Source: Candidatus Rokubacteria bacterium RIFCSPLOWO2_02_FULL_73_56 (GTDB lineage Bacteria > Methylomirabilota > Methylomirabilia > Rokubacteriales > CSP1-6). Taken from it: a stretch of DNA of 64,000 nt. Location of the stretch: assembly GCA_001788495.1 (NCBI GenBank), contig MGCF01000006.1, forward strand, positions 2,106 to 66,105, read 5' to 3'. The notes beneath the pieces are model-generated. The model saw only the letters and a program-made list of their open reading frames with translations. It was not told where the DNA came from and made no database searches. The number at the start of each line of letters is the position of its first letter. Positions within the stretch are counted from its first letter, which is position 1. Below are positions 19,301 through 31,300 of the stretch, piece by piece. A program made the position numbers and the translations under genes.

Positions 19301-22300
19301 GATGGTGTCGCCACCGATCACGTTGGTGCCGCCCGTCACGTTCAGGATCGACTGGCCGCTCTTGATCCGGATGTCGTCGTCGAGATCCGTCTGCACGAGG
19401 CCGAGGTTGATGTTGTGGGTCTCGGACCCGAGGTAGACGCTGTCGTGCGCGCCGACGTCGACCTGGTCCACGATCTCGACGTCGACGTCCTCGCGCTGGT
19501 CGATGACGATCGTGTGGATGTTCGCGCCCGGCGCGGTCGGGTCGTTGACCTCGGGCGCGATGGTCAGCACGACGCCGTCCTGGTCCAGCAGGTTCGCGGT
19601 CACGACCAGGTCCGCCCCGGAGACGGAGGCGACGACGTAGAACTCGCCCACGTCCGTCGCGTTCGCGCCGCCCGTCACGTGGATCCGCGTGTCGGGCGCG
19701 AACAGGACGGGGTCCCAGGTCCCGGACGTCCGGTGGAACGTGTGGGGCCCGGTGACGTCGACGGTCGTGGTGACCGCCGGACCCAGGTACGTCACGTCGA
19801 CGCGCTCGGCGGCCGCGAGCGCCACGCGCTCGTCGTTCGTGAGATTGTGGACGCCCCCGCTCACGTCGATGGTCGTGACGCCGACCGCCTTGCCCACGCC
19901 CTTCGACGCCGTGATGACCAGATTGGCGCCGGTGATGTTCGGCTCCTCGATCGTCGGGCTCGTGTCCGCGATGTCCTTCAGGAGGCCGGTGCTGATCGTG
20001 TAGAGCAGCTCCTCCTCGGTGAAGATGTGGATGCTGCCCTCGATGTCCGAGGTCTCCTGCGCCGTCAGCGTGTAGGCGAATGACGCATCGAAGCCGTCGA
20101 ACTCCAGGCCCACGAGGTGATCGACGAGCCCGCCCGGCTCGCCGTACTGCGTGTTCAGCGTGTGGTACTGCGCCGTCCGGCTCGCCTCGAGCGCCAGGAT
20201 GGCCGCGTCGTCGTAGCCGAGCTGGGTCCGGTAGAAGGCCTCCTCCTGCGGCCGCAGGTGCACCGGGAAGGCGATGTCGAAGACGTTGCTGCGGTACTTC
20301 ACCGCGGCGCCGGTGCTGAGCCCGTGGCCCGCGATGTGGATCGTGTCCGTCGCGCTGTCGACGTCCGCCAGCGGGTCGAACAGCCCGGTGCCCACGCCGC
20401 CGGCGTCCAGGCGGTGCTGGGTGCCCAGCGCGCCCGTGCTGTCGAGGTCGAGGTAGTGCCCGAGCCCCGCCTCCAGCGCGCTGACCGCCAGCCGCACGTG
20501 GTCGTCGTCCACCTTGACGATGTAGTACGTCCCGTCGGGCGCGAGGACGTCGGACACGACGGTGTGCACGGCCGTGTCGCCGGTCTCCACGCTGTAGCGG
20601 ACCACGTCGCCCGTCGCCAGGCCGTGGCCCGTCCCGAGATCGATCGCGTCCAAGGCGTTGTCGAGGTCCGTCGAGGTGCTGAAGAGCCGCACGCGATACA
20701 GCGCCTGGCTCGCCGGCGAGCCGTTCGCTGTCAGGTTCACGAAGCCGGCGTCGGCCAGATGCACCTTCAGCTTGATCGTGTTCGCGTCGACGACGCTCAC
20801 GTAGTACGTGAGGCCCTCGGTGAGCCCGATGCTCGTGCCGTGGGTCTCCTGGCTGTAGGTCACCGCGTCGCCCTCGCTCAGGCCGTGGGCGGCGAGCGTG
20901 ATCGTCTCGGCCGTGCCGTCGACGGCGGTCTTGGCGTCGAAGAACAGGCCCGTGCCGACCGTGATACCGTGGCCGGACCCTGTGGCGCCGGTCCCGTCGA
21001 TGTCGATCGCCTTCCCGCTCTGGGCGTCGCCCGCGCTCAGGGCGAGCTTCATCGTGTCGCCGGCGACGATGGCGTAGTACTTCACGCCGCCGCCGAGCGC
21101 CACGGAGGCCTCGTGGATCGTGAGCGGCGCGCTCGGCTGGCTGTGCCGGTACTCCCAGTACGTCTGGTACTCCTGCTCCCGCAGCGCGGCCAGCGAGTCC
21201 TTGACGTCCTGGACCTTGGCGTTGGCGCCCGTGCCCGCGGTGAGCCGCAGGTCGTGCCACGGGCCGGCGAGCAGCTGCTCGTACGTCCGCTCGTCGCGCG
21301 TCTCGGCCTCGTTGGCGTCGACGACGCCGCCGTTGACCACCGTGATGTGCACGTCCGCCGGCGTCGAGATCGACTCGACGTTCAGGTTGCCGTCCTTCTC
21401 CTGGACGTAGATGTCGGCGCCCGCGGCGATGTTCACCTTGTCCCACTGGAAGACACCGGCGTCGAGGATGAGCGGCTTGCCGTTGGCGCCGACGGCGCCG
21501 TTGGCGGTCAGTCCGATGGCGCCGCCCTCGACGAGCCCCTCGTGCCCGCTCGCCACGAAGATTCCGCCCTGCGACGTCAGCGTGACCTCGCCGCCCGAGC
21601 CGAAGATGTTGTGCTGGCTCTTCACCTGGTCGACGCGCAGGTCGCCGAAGCGCTCGTCGATGTGGACCTCGCCCGACGTGGTCGTCGCCTTGAGGCTCGC
21701 CGACGAGTTCTCGCTGAGGTCGGTCGTGATCGGGTTCTGGTCGGTCCCGACGCCGGTGCCCGCGATCAGCTCGATCCGCTGGCCGGCGACGACGGCGTCG
21801 GCGCTCTGCTGGATGATCGACTTGGTCGTCGAGATCTTGGTCGTGCCGGTCGGGTTCGTCACCGGCCCGTTGAGGATGACGTTGCCGTTCGAGTCGACGT
21901 CGATGTCGCCCTGGGTGAAGCCGATGAACTGCACGCTGATCGGCCGGTCGGACTCGATGGTGTGCGTGAAGACGTGCAGGTTGTCCTGCTCGGCCTCGAT
22001 CTCGTTGTGATACGTCGTCTCGCCGTACCAGGTGCTGTCCGAGTGCTGGTCGATGATGTGGATCTTCTTCTCGCTCTCGTGGATCTCCTCGTAGTCGAAC
22101 GTGTACTTCACGCCGTCCAGCGCGAGGTCCTTGAAGTAGTAAGGGCCGTTGCCGAGGAGCACCGGCGGGCCGAGGGGCTCGTGCTGGTCCCAGGTGACGG
22201 TCTCCGGATCCACGGACAGCCAGTCGATACCGAGCCACGCGCTCACGTCGTGGTGGTAGTAGAAGTAGTCACGCGTCCGCGCGCCGCGCTGCCAGCCGTA

Positions 22301-25300
22301 CCGCCAGCCGGCGTCCGGCGTGTAGGTGTCGGTGCTGCCCGCGAGCGTGCTCACGTCGGTCGGGAGGCCGCCGACGCCGTCGTCGATCGTCCGCTGGACC
22401 GAGCCGTCCTCCTGGACCTTGTAGAGCACGAAGTACGGGGTGCCCGGCTTCGCCTTGTCCGTGATGGTCAGCGTGCCCGCGCCGCGGATCGAGTCGTCCA
22501 CCTTGTTGAGGACGAGGTCGTAGCCGGTCGTGTTGTCGATCTCGAAGTTCGCGTAGCCGCCCAGCACCCGGATGATGCCGTTGCCGGTGTTGAGCACGTG
22601 GCCGGTCAGGTCGATCTGGCCGCCCCGGTTCCGGATCGCGTCGACGATGATCTGCTGCGTCGCCGTGTTGTACTTCACGATGAAGTCTTTGTTCGTGTAG
22701 GACGTCAGGTTCACGATCACGCCGTCGGCCGGTGTGAGCGTCGAGATCTCGTTGGCCACCGTCGCGCCGAGCACGAGGTGGTAGGTGTCCTTGCCGCTCT
22801 GCATGAGGCCGTTGACGTTGATGTACTCGGCGTCGATGAAGATCTTCTGGCCGTAGAGGTTGACGTCCGTCGGGATGTCGCTCAGCAGGTTGTCGATCTG
22901 CGCGTGCGGGCCCGCCGTCGGGCTGTTGTAGGTGGAGTGGTATTCCGTCGGCGGTGACGCCACGTCCTCGGCGAGCGTCAGCGCGGCGGCGTCCGTCTCG
23001 ATGGCCGAGAAGAGGCCGGGGTACAGGGTGGCGTCGATGCTGCCCGGGATCACGCCCTTCGTGATGTCGCCCCAGATCGCCTCCGGCTCGCCGGCGACCG
23101 CGAAGTTCGTCACGTCCGTGATGAACACGGTGCCGCCGGCGATGATGGTCAGGTTCTTGGCCTGCACCGAGGCGAGGATGATGATGTTGCCCTCGCCGCC
23201 GGGGTACGTCGTCAGCGTGACGTCGCCGCCCAGGTTCGAGATCCCCTGCCCCTGCACGACGATGTCCGGCCACGCGTAGATCCGCGTCTTGCCTTCGTGG
23301 AAGACGGTGCCGGCGATGAAGTCGTTGTCGACGGTGATCGTCGGCGTGCTGGCGGCGTTGTCGGGGATGCTCGCGAAGCTCGCCGTGCCGGGGACGATCG
23401 TGTGGTCGCCGGGGCTGCCGTCGGGCGTGATGCTGTTGTCCTCGGCGGCGTTCAGGACGTTCGAGCTGAAGATCTGCGCGTTCGTGGTGACCAGGTTGCC
23501 GTTGAGGAAGAGGCCGCCGTTGACCTCCGGGATCGTCAGCCCGTTGAGCTTGAGGAACGCCGGCGTGTGGTTCTGGATGTCGATGCTCGCGTCGCCCGGC
23601 GCGTCGAAGGTGCCCGTGCCCTGCAGCTGGTCGGTGCGGATGTCGATGCGCCCGGCTTCGGCCTTCTGCGGATCGACGGTCACCGTGACCGCGTACTGCC
23701 CGACCGCGACGCCCTTCAGGTTGTTGAGGTCGAAGTTCAGGGTCGTGCCGCCCTTCGTCACGCTGTGCGTGAAGCTGGCGCCGGCCGGGAAGAACCGGTA
23801 GTCGTCGGCGACGTTGCCCGTGTTCACCGTGGACAAGGCGAACTGGTTGTTGCTGATCTTGCGGACGTAGTAGCTCTGGCCGTCGACGAGGGGGCCGATC
23901 GCGCCGGCACCCCCCGTGTTGTGATAGACGACCGTGTCGCCGGTGCTGAGGCCGTGGCCCGCGATCTCGATGCTCCGGAACTCGAACAGCCCCTCGGCCG
24001 CGAGCTCGCCCTCGATGCGCGCGATCTCGCCCTCGTAGAAGGCCTTCAGGGTCGCGTTCGTGTTGCCGTACTGGTTCAGCTGGTCCCGGGCGTGCTGCAG
24101 CTCCTGGAGCAGCTCGGAGCTGACCACCTCGGGCTGCGACGTGAACGTCACGCCGCCGGTCTGCGTGTAGCCGACACCCTCGCCGAGGATGTGGCCGCCG
24201 TTCACGCCCTCGTCCGCCCACTCGAAGAGCGTGAGCATCTTGTGCCGCTCGATGCCCGTGCGCACGGTCCCGTTCATGATGACGGTGCCGTGGCCTTCCT
24301 GCTCGATGTCCGCGTCCTGCATGAACGCGGTCGCGGCGCCGTTCAGGAAGTCCTGGACCGCGCTCACCCAGCTCGTGCCCTTGGCGAGGCCCGAGAGGTC
24401 CGACAGGCCCTTGCGCTCGGCCTGCAGCGTCGCCTCTCCGGCCGTCTCGAGGAGGGCCCCGGTCGAGATCGTGATCGTGTTGTCGGTGATGAGGATGGTG
24501 TGCGAGTCGGTGTCGCCGAGCGGGATCGCGCTTCCGGCCACCGTCTCGGCGGTCGCGTCCATGACGTAGTTGTCGCGGACGAAGTTGGCGTCGGTGCCGG
24601 CGTAGAGACCGAGGTCGCCCTTGGCGTGGATGAACGCGCCGGCGCCGACGAAGATCTCGTTGTCCGGGTACACGCGGCTCTTGGCGTCCACGAGGATGAC
24701 CGTGGCCAGGCCGATCGCCTCCGCTTCGACGTTCGACTTGATGGTGCCGCCGCCGCGCGCGAAGAGGCTGATGGCGCCGATGCTCGTCAGCGAGGCGTTG
24801 GCGCCGACGTTCACCTTGGCGAGGTCGGTGTTCGTCACGATCGTGCTGTAGGCGGCGAGCCCGGAGAACGCACCGATCGTGTCGAACACCACCTTGTCGT
24901 GAACGTCGAAGTCGTTGTAGGCCTTCAGGATGAAGCCGCCGGGGTTGCTCGGGTCGCCGATCACGTCGAGCGAGGCGCCGACGCCGACGTCGACCAGCGT
25001 GGTGAAGTTGATGGTCGAGGTGTCGTCGCCGCCGCCGCCGGAGATGAAGCCGCCCGCCGTCCCGTCGAAGTTCGCCTCGCCCAGCGAGGGCTTGTACGCG
25101 TGGGTGATGGCCTCGACGTCGATGTCCTTCGCGACGACGATCGCGTTGGCGCCGACCCGCGCGGTCGTGTGCGCGGTCACGTCGTTGTCCGCGGAGCCGC
25201 CCGCGCCGGCCAGAAGGCCGCCCGAGAACGTCCGCAGGCGCGTGTTGAACTTCGCGGTGTGCTCCGCCGTGACGTCGAGGCCGCCGCCGCCCGCGAGACT

Positions 25301-28300
25301 GATCTTCCGGAGCGACGAGTTGCCGCCCAGGATCTCCGCGGTGGTCGTGCTGTCGTTGTTCGTGTCGGCCACGGCCGCCGCGCCCGAGAGCACGAAGCCG
25401 ATGCTGCCCGAGACCGTGTCGGCGAAGTTGTCGTCCGTGCCGTGGGCGATGATGACGAGGGTGCCGCCGGTGAGCTTGACGTTGTTGCCCACGAAAGCGT
25501 GCGTCACCGTGTCCGACGACGCGATGCCCGTCGCGATACCGCCCGCGACGAGGCCAACCGTGTTGCTGCTGGAGTCCGCCAGCTGCCGGCTGTCGTTCTT
25601 CGCCTCGACCTTGGTCTGGCCGGTGATGGTCAGCGTCGAGTTGTCGCCGATGGAGGCCGAGACCTCGCCGTTGTCGGTCGCCTCGCTGATGGTGGCGTCG
25701 AGGCCGACGAGGCCGCCGGCCGAGCCGGTCGTCTTCGCCTTGGCCGTGTAGCCGCTGGCGCCAACCTGCTGCTTGCCGGTGACGCTCAGGCTACCCGCGA
25801 CGATCGTCCCGGCCACGACTGCCGTGACCACGGGCGAGGCCTCGACGTCGGCGAGCGAGAAGCCGGCGCCGAGGACGCCGACGGCGATGCCGAACGTCTC
25901 GGCGCGCGCGAACGGCGTGGCGGTCGCGGCGACGGACACCCCGCCCGTCACCGTGATGTGCCCGCCGGTGCCGATCGTCGCCTCGATCTCCGGCGTGACG
26001 TCCACGAAGGCGAAGTTGCCGGCCATCGCGCCGATGCCGCCCGCCAGCGCCTCCGTCTGGGCGTAGGCCGTAACCGTCGAGGCCGCGCTCACCGACACGC
26101 TGCCGACCGTTCCACTCTGCCCGATCTCGACGTTGCTGCCGATGAACGCGCGCGTGTCCGTCGCCGAGCCGTTGTCGACGTCGATGATCACGAACGCGGC
26201 ACCGGCGCCGACGGCGCCGATGCTGAGCTGCCCGGCGTGGCCGTGGAGGTTCTGGTCGCCGACGGCGGACACGAGCACGCTGCCCGCGCGGATGATGGTC
26301 GCGTTGTTGAGGATGCCGGCCGACACGGTGCTCGCGTCGCTGATGGCGACGACGGCGGCGCCCAGGCCGACGAAGCCGACGGAGCCGGACAGGGAGGTGA
26401 CGACGATGTCGTCGTCGAGGATGCCCTTCACGTTGATGTGACCGGCGCTGCCCGCCTTGAGCGTGCCCCCCGCCTCGGCCTCGGCGTTCACGCCCACGTT
26501 CACCACGGCGATCGACGCGCCGACGCCGACGAACCCGCCCGCGACGCCGCCGGTGATGATCTCGATGTCGACGTCCTCGTTGGCCGTGACCTCGATGTTG
26601 TGGCCGGCCTCCACGTTGGTGGTGCCGCCCTGGATCCGCGCCACCGTGCCGGTGGACGGCGCCGCGCCGGTCACGGCATCCTGGATGGCCGTCGTCGAGG
26701 GCGCGGAGCCGGACAGGCTGGTCCCCGCGCTCTGCGTGCCCGAGTCCACGCGGTTCTGGCTGGTCTTGCTGTTGCCGCTGCCGTCGCCCGAGAACCCGCC
26801 GAGGAGGCCGGAGACCTGGCCGCTGGACTTCCCGCCCTGGTCGGCGGCGTCGTCCGTGGCCGAGCCGTTGTCGCCCGCGGTCGCGGACGCGTGCGTGCCC
26901 TCGTCGTTCTGGTAGTCCGAGGAGATCGGATTGCCGACCGACCACACGGAGACGGCGGCGGTGAGGCCGACGAGGCCGCCGGCGCCGCTGAGCGTGAAGC
27001 CGTCCACCTCGTGGATGCCGACCGCGTTGACCTCGACGTCGTTCTCGGCGTCGACGACCGCGCCGCTCCGGATCTCGGCCAGCGTGTCGTTGTTGAGGCT
27101 GCCGACGTCGACGGCGCCACCGACCCCGACCACGCCGCCGGCCACGCCGACGACGAACGTCGACAGGTGCGCCTGGTTGGAGGCCCCGACGTAGACGCCC
27201 TGATCGGCGTCACCGCTGAGCCCGGCGCCCTGGTTGATGCTCGCGTTGCTGCCGATGAAGGCGGTGGTGTCGGAGTCGACGAGGGTGACCGCCACCGCGC
27301 CGGACACGCCGACGAAGCCCACGCCGGCCGCGATCACGAGGTGGAGGACCTGTTCCTTCGACTGCGCCTGGACGATGACGCCGTGCGCCTCGGCCAGCGT
27401 GTCGGGGTCGCCCCCGCCGATCTCGCCGTTGAGGATGCCGCCGAAGCCGCTGCCGCTGCCGTCGGCGTCGACGTCGGCGCCGTTGGCGATGAACGCCGAG
27501 GTGTCCTTGTTGATGACCATCACGCCCACGGACGCGCCGATGCCGACGAAGCCGCCCGCGATGCCGCCGGACACCATCGTGATGTCGGTATTGTCCGTGG
27601 CGATGACCGCGACGTCGCCGCCCGCGACGACGGTGGCGTTGCCGATGGTGGCCGTGGTGGTGTTGTTGATGGTCAGCACGTCGACCGCGCCGCCGATGCC
27701 GACCACGCCGCCGCCCAGGCCGAAGGCGACCTGCACGACGTGCTCGTCCGCGTGCGCCTCGACCTCGACGTCGTTCATGGCGTGCACGACGGCGCCCGCG
27801 CCGATGGAGGCGAGCGTGGTGTTGCTGAGCACGGTGACGTCGACGGAGGGCGCCACGCCCACCACGCCCACGCCGAGCGAGCCGGCCACGGCCAGGTGGT
27901 AGAAGTCGTTGCCGGCCGCCACGCTGACCGACTGCGCGGCGTCTGCGCCGCCGCCGAGGTTCACCTGCGCGTTGTCGCCGATGTAGGCGTTCGTGTTCGT
28001 GCTGATGACGTTGACGCCGGCGGAGATGGCGACCCCCGCCGTGCCGCCCGCGACGCTGATCGTGAACGTCGCGATGTCGTCCCGGTTCGTGGCGGCGAGC
28101 GCCACACCGCGCCGGGACTGCTGGCCGGGGCTCACCGAGCGGGCGCCGGAGAGCGACGGATCCGTCGCCTCCGAGTTGCCGTCGTTGTTCGAGTCCATGT
28201 TGCTCATCGTCGGCGTGTGGACTTCGCCCTGGGCCTTCAGTGACGTCGAATCGGGGCTGCTCGAGACCGAATCGGCGTGGATGCCCTCGCCGCCGGCGTT

Positions 28301-31300
28301 GTTCGGGTCGAACGTCGGGGCGGCGTTGTTGAACGCCTCGCCAAAGCTGCCGTCGTTGACGAGCACGGCGCTGGTCGTGCCGTCGCCCGAAACCCACGCG
28401 CCCGCGCCGATGAAGGCCTCGGTGGTCTTGCTGACGACGCTCACCGCGCCGGAGGCGGCGACGCCGGCGGTGCCGGACACCGCGAGCACGCCGACGATCT
28501 TGTCCATCTCGGTCTGGTCGTCGGCGGTGATGACGACGTTGCCGCCCGCGTGCACGTGGCCGGCGCCGGCGGAGGCCGGGCCGCCCGTGGGATCGTCGCC
28601 GATCCACGCCCGCGTCTGGTTCGTGACGATGTGCACCGACGCGTCGAGGGCCACCGACGCCGTGCCGCTGAGGCTCATGCCCGCCGCGACCGAGGTGACG
28701 TCCTCGCTCGCGACCGCGCTGACCTCGATGTCGCCCTCGACCTCCGCCGTGACGTTGGAGTCGATGTAGGCGAGCGTGTCCTTGGTGATGGTCGCGACGT
28801 CGGCACCGAGGCCCACGCCGGCCGTGCCGCCGGCCGCGAGGTTGCCGGCCACGGAGACGATGTCCGTGTCGTCCTGGGCGTGGACCGACAGGTCGGGCTT
28901 GCCCGAGGCGCCGTCGTTCACGGTGATGTTCGCGCTGCGGCCGATGAACGCGTGCGTGTGCTCCGTGAGGACGTTCACGACGGCCGAGCCCGCGACCCCC
29001 GCGGTGCTGGCGCCGCCGCCCGCGGCGGCGATCGTGATCAGGTCCTCGCTCGAGGTGGCGGCGATCGTGATGCCGGTCGCGCCGTCGGAGGTCACGACCG
29101 CGTTGTCGCCGATGTAGGCCTCGACCGTGTCGGTGTGGACGAGGACGCTGGCCGCCGCGCCGACGCCGGCCGAGCCCGCGCTCGCGCCGATCGACCCGGC
29201 GACCATCGTCGCGTCGAGGTGGCCGTCGGCCGTCACGTCGATGTCGCCCGCGTGCACGGTCGCGCCGCCGATGTATGCCCGCGTCGTCGTGGTGAGCACC
29301 TGGACCGTGCCGGAGCCGGCGACGCCGACGGAGTTCCCGATGCCGGCGTTCGCGGCGATCGAGACGATGTCCTCCGACGAGTCGGCGTCGACGGTGAGCG
29401 CGCCGGCGGAGTCGACGGTCGCGCCGGTCGTGATGTAGGCCTCGGTGTCCTTGGAGATCACGCTGACTTCGAGCCCGGCGCCGACGCCGGTGGAATCGGT
29501 CGAGATGCCGAGCGCGCCCGCGGCGTTCGTCATGTCGATCGTGCTGGACGCGTGCAGGCCCACCGACTGGCCGCTCGGGGTGATGCTGCCGTCCTGGTTG
29601 ACGGCCGCGGTCCCGGCGATGTAGGCGTGGGTGTTGACCGTGTAGATGGTGATGTCGGCCGCGCCCGCGATCCCGACGCCGCCGTTGCTGCCGCCGCCCG
29701 CCAGCGCCGCCGAGCTGATCGCGATTGCCGGGTCGTCGACGACGGAGTTGTCCGGCAGGTCGAGCGTCGGCGGGGGCGCCAGCGTCGTCGTGGCGTCGAC
29801 CGTCAGCGCGCCCGCGGCGTCCGCGGCGCCCGCGATGAACGCGTCCGTGTCGCTGGTCACCACGGTCACGGCCACGGCCGCGCCGACCGACGTCCCGCTC
29901 GAGAAGCCGACGCCCGCGGCGATCGTCTGGAGGATCAGCTGGTTCTCGGCCGTGACGTGCAGGGCGCCCGTCGACAGCAGGTGCGCCGTGTTCGCGACCG
30001 AGGCCTCCGTGGTGAACGTCACCACGTTGACGGCGACCGAGCCTGCGATCCCGATGTCGCCCGTGCCGCCGGCCGCCGCAGCGCCCCAGACGATGAACTC
30101 GTTCTTGTTGCTGCCGGTCGTGACGGCCTCGACCGTGATCCCGTCGCCGTGGATGACCGAGCCGCCCAGCACGCGCGCCTTGTTGTTGATGCTCGCGACG
30201 TTCACGCCGACCGCCGCGCCGATCATGTTCGAGTCCTCGAGCGTGACCGCGAGCCCGAGGGCCTTCGAGGTCTCGTCCACCTCGGCCTGCGCGCTGACCT
30301 TCACGGCGCCGGTCGTCGTGATGTCGGCGCCGCTGGCGACCTCCGCGATGTTGTCGAGGCCGATGTAGCTCACCGCCACCGCGGCCGCGACGCCGACGCC
30401 GCTCGAGCCGCCGCCCGACTCGCCGCCGGCCGTGCCGCTCGCGGCGCTGGTCTGCCCGCTCGCCGACGGCGTCGACTGCGAGCCGGCGTTGCCCGTGACG
30501 TTCGTGGTGTTCGCGGCGCCGCTCGACTTCGAGTCCGCGCTCTGACCGCCCTCCGACTGCTTCTTCTCGCCGCCCGCGCTCGCGTTCACCTCGAGCGTGC
30601 TCGACATCTTGGACTTGGCCTGGACCGTGAAGCTACCGCTCGCGTTGTCCACGCTGCGAGCCAGCGTCGCCGTGCTGCTGTCGGTGACGACGACCACGCC
30701 GACGGAGGCGCCGATCGCCGCATCCGAGCCTTCGGCCTCGGAGCTGACCGTCGTGCCGAAGGTGCCCTGGTGGTCGGTGCTGATCTGGGAGGCGCCGCCG
30801 CCGAGATGGACGACGCCGCCGGTGCCGACCCGCGCGGTCGTGTGGTTCTCGGAGATGACGACCGCCACGGCGGCGCCGATGCCGGTGTCGCCCTTCGCGC
30901 CGTTCTTCGCCTCGGTCGTGAGGTCGTCCTTGCCGGTCGCCTGGGCCGACAGGTGGTCGATGCCGGTGCCCGTCACCGCGACGCCGTTCTCGAGCTCGGC
31001 CGTGGTGTCGTGCAGGACCAGGTTCAGGGCGAACGAGGCGCCGATACCCGCGCTGTCGGCCCCGCCCTCGCCGTCGCTGTCCTCGTCGGGCAGCGCCTTG
31101 GCGGTGTCCTCGGCCACCGAGGTGGCGGTGAGCTGGATCCCGCCGACTCCGGTCCCGCCGTCGCCGCCGTCCGCCAGGTTCAGGGTCGCGCCCGTCTCGA
31201 TGGACGCCGTCGTGTCGACGTCCGAGTAGTTGATGGCGACCGAGGCCGCGATGCTGATGTCGTCGGCGCCGGCGCCCGAGGTCGCCTGGGCGGAGAACGA

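Noticed and set aside
9134-20083. 3,649-aa plus-strand ORF, and the similar 23297..28243 (+) and 28277..35887 (+) ORFs
   Set aside because: They are antisense to the giant minus-strand gene. Their composition is Arg/Val/Asp/Gly/Ala low-complexity, typical of stop-poor antisense frames in about 72% GC DNA, and there are no motifs.
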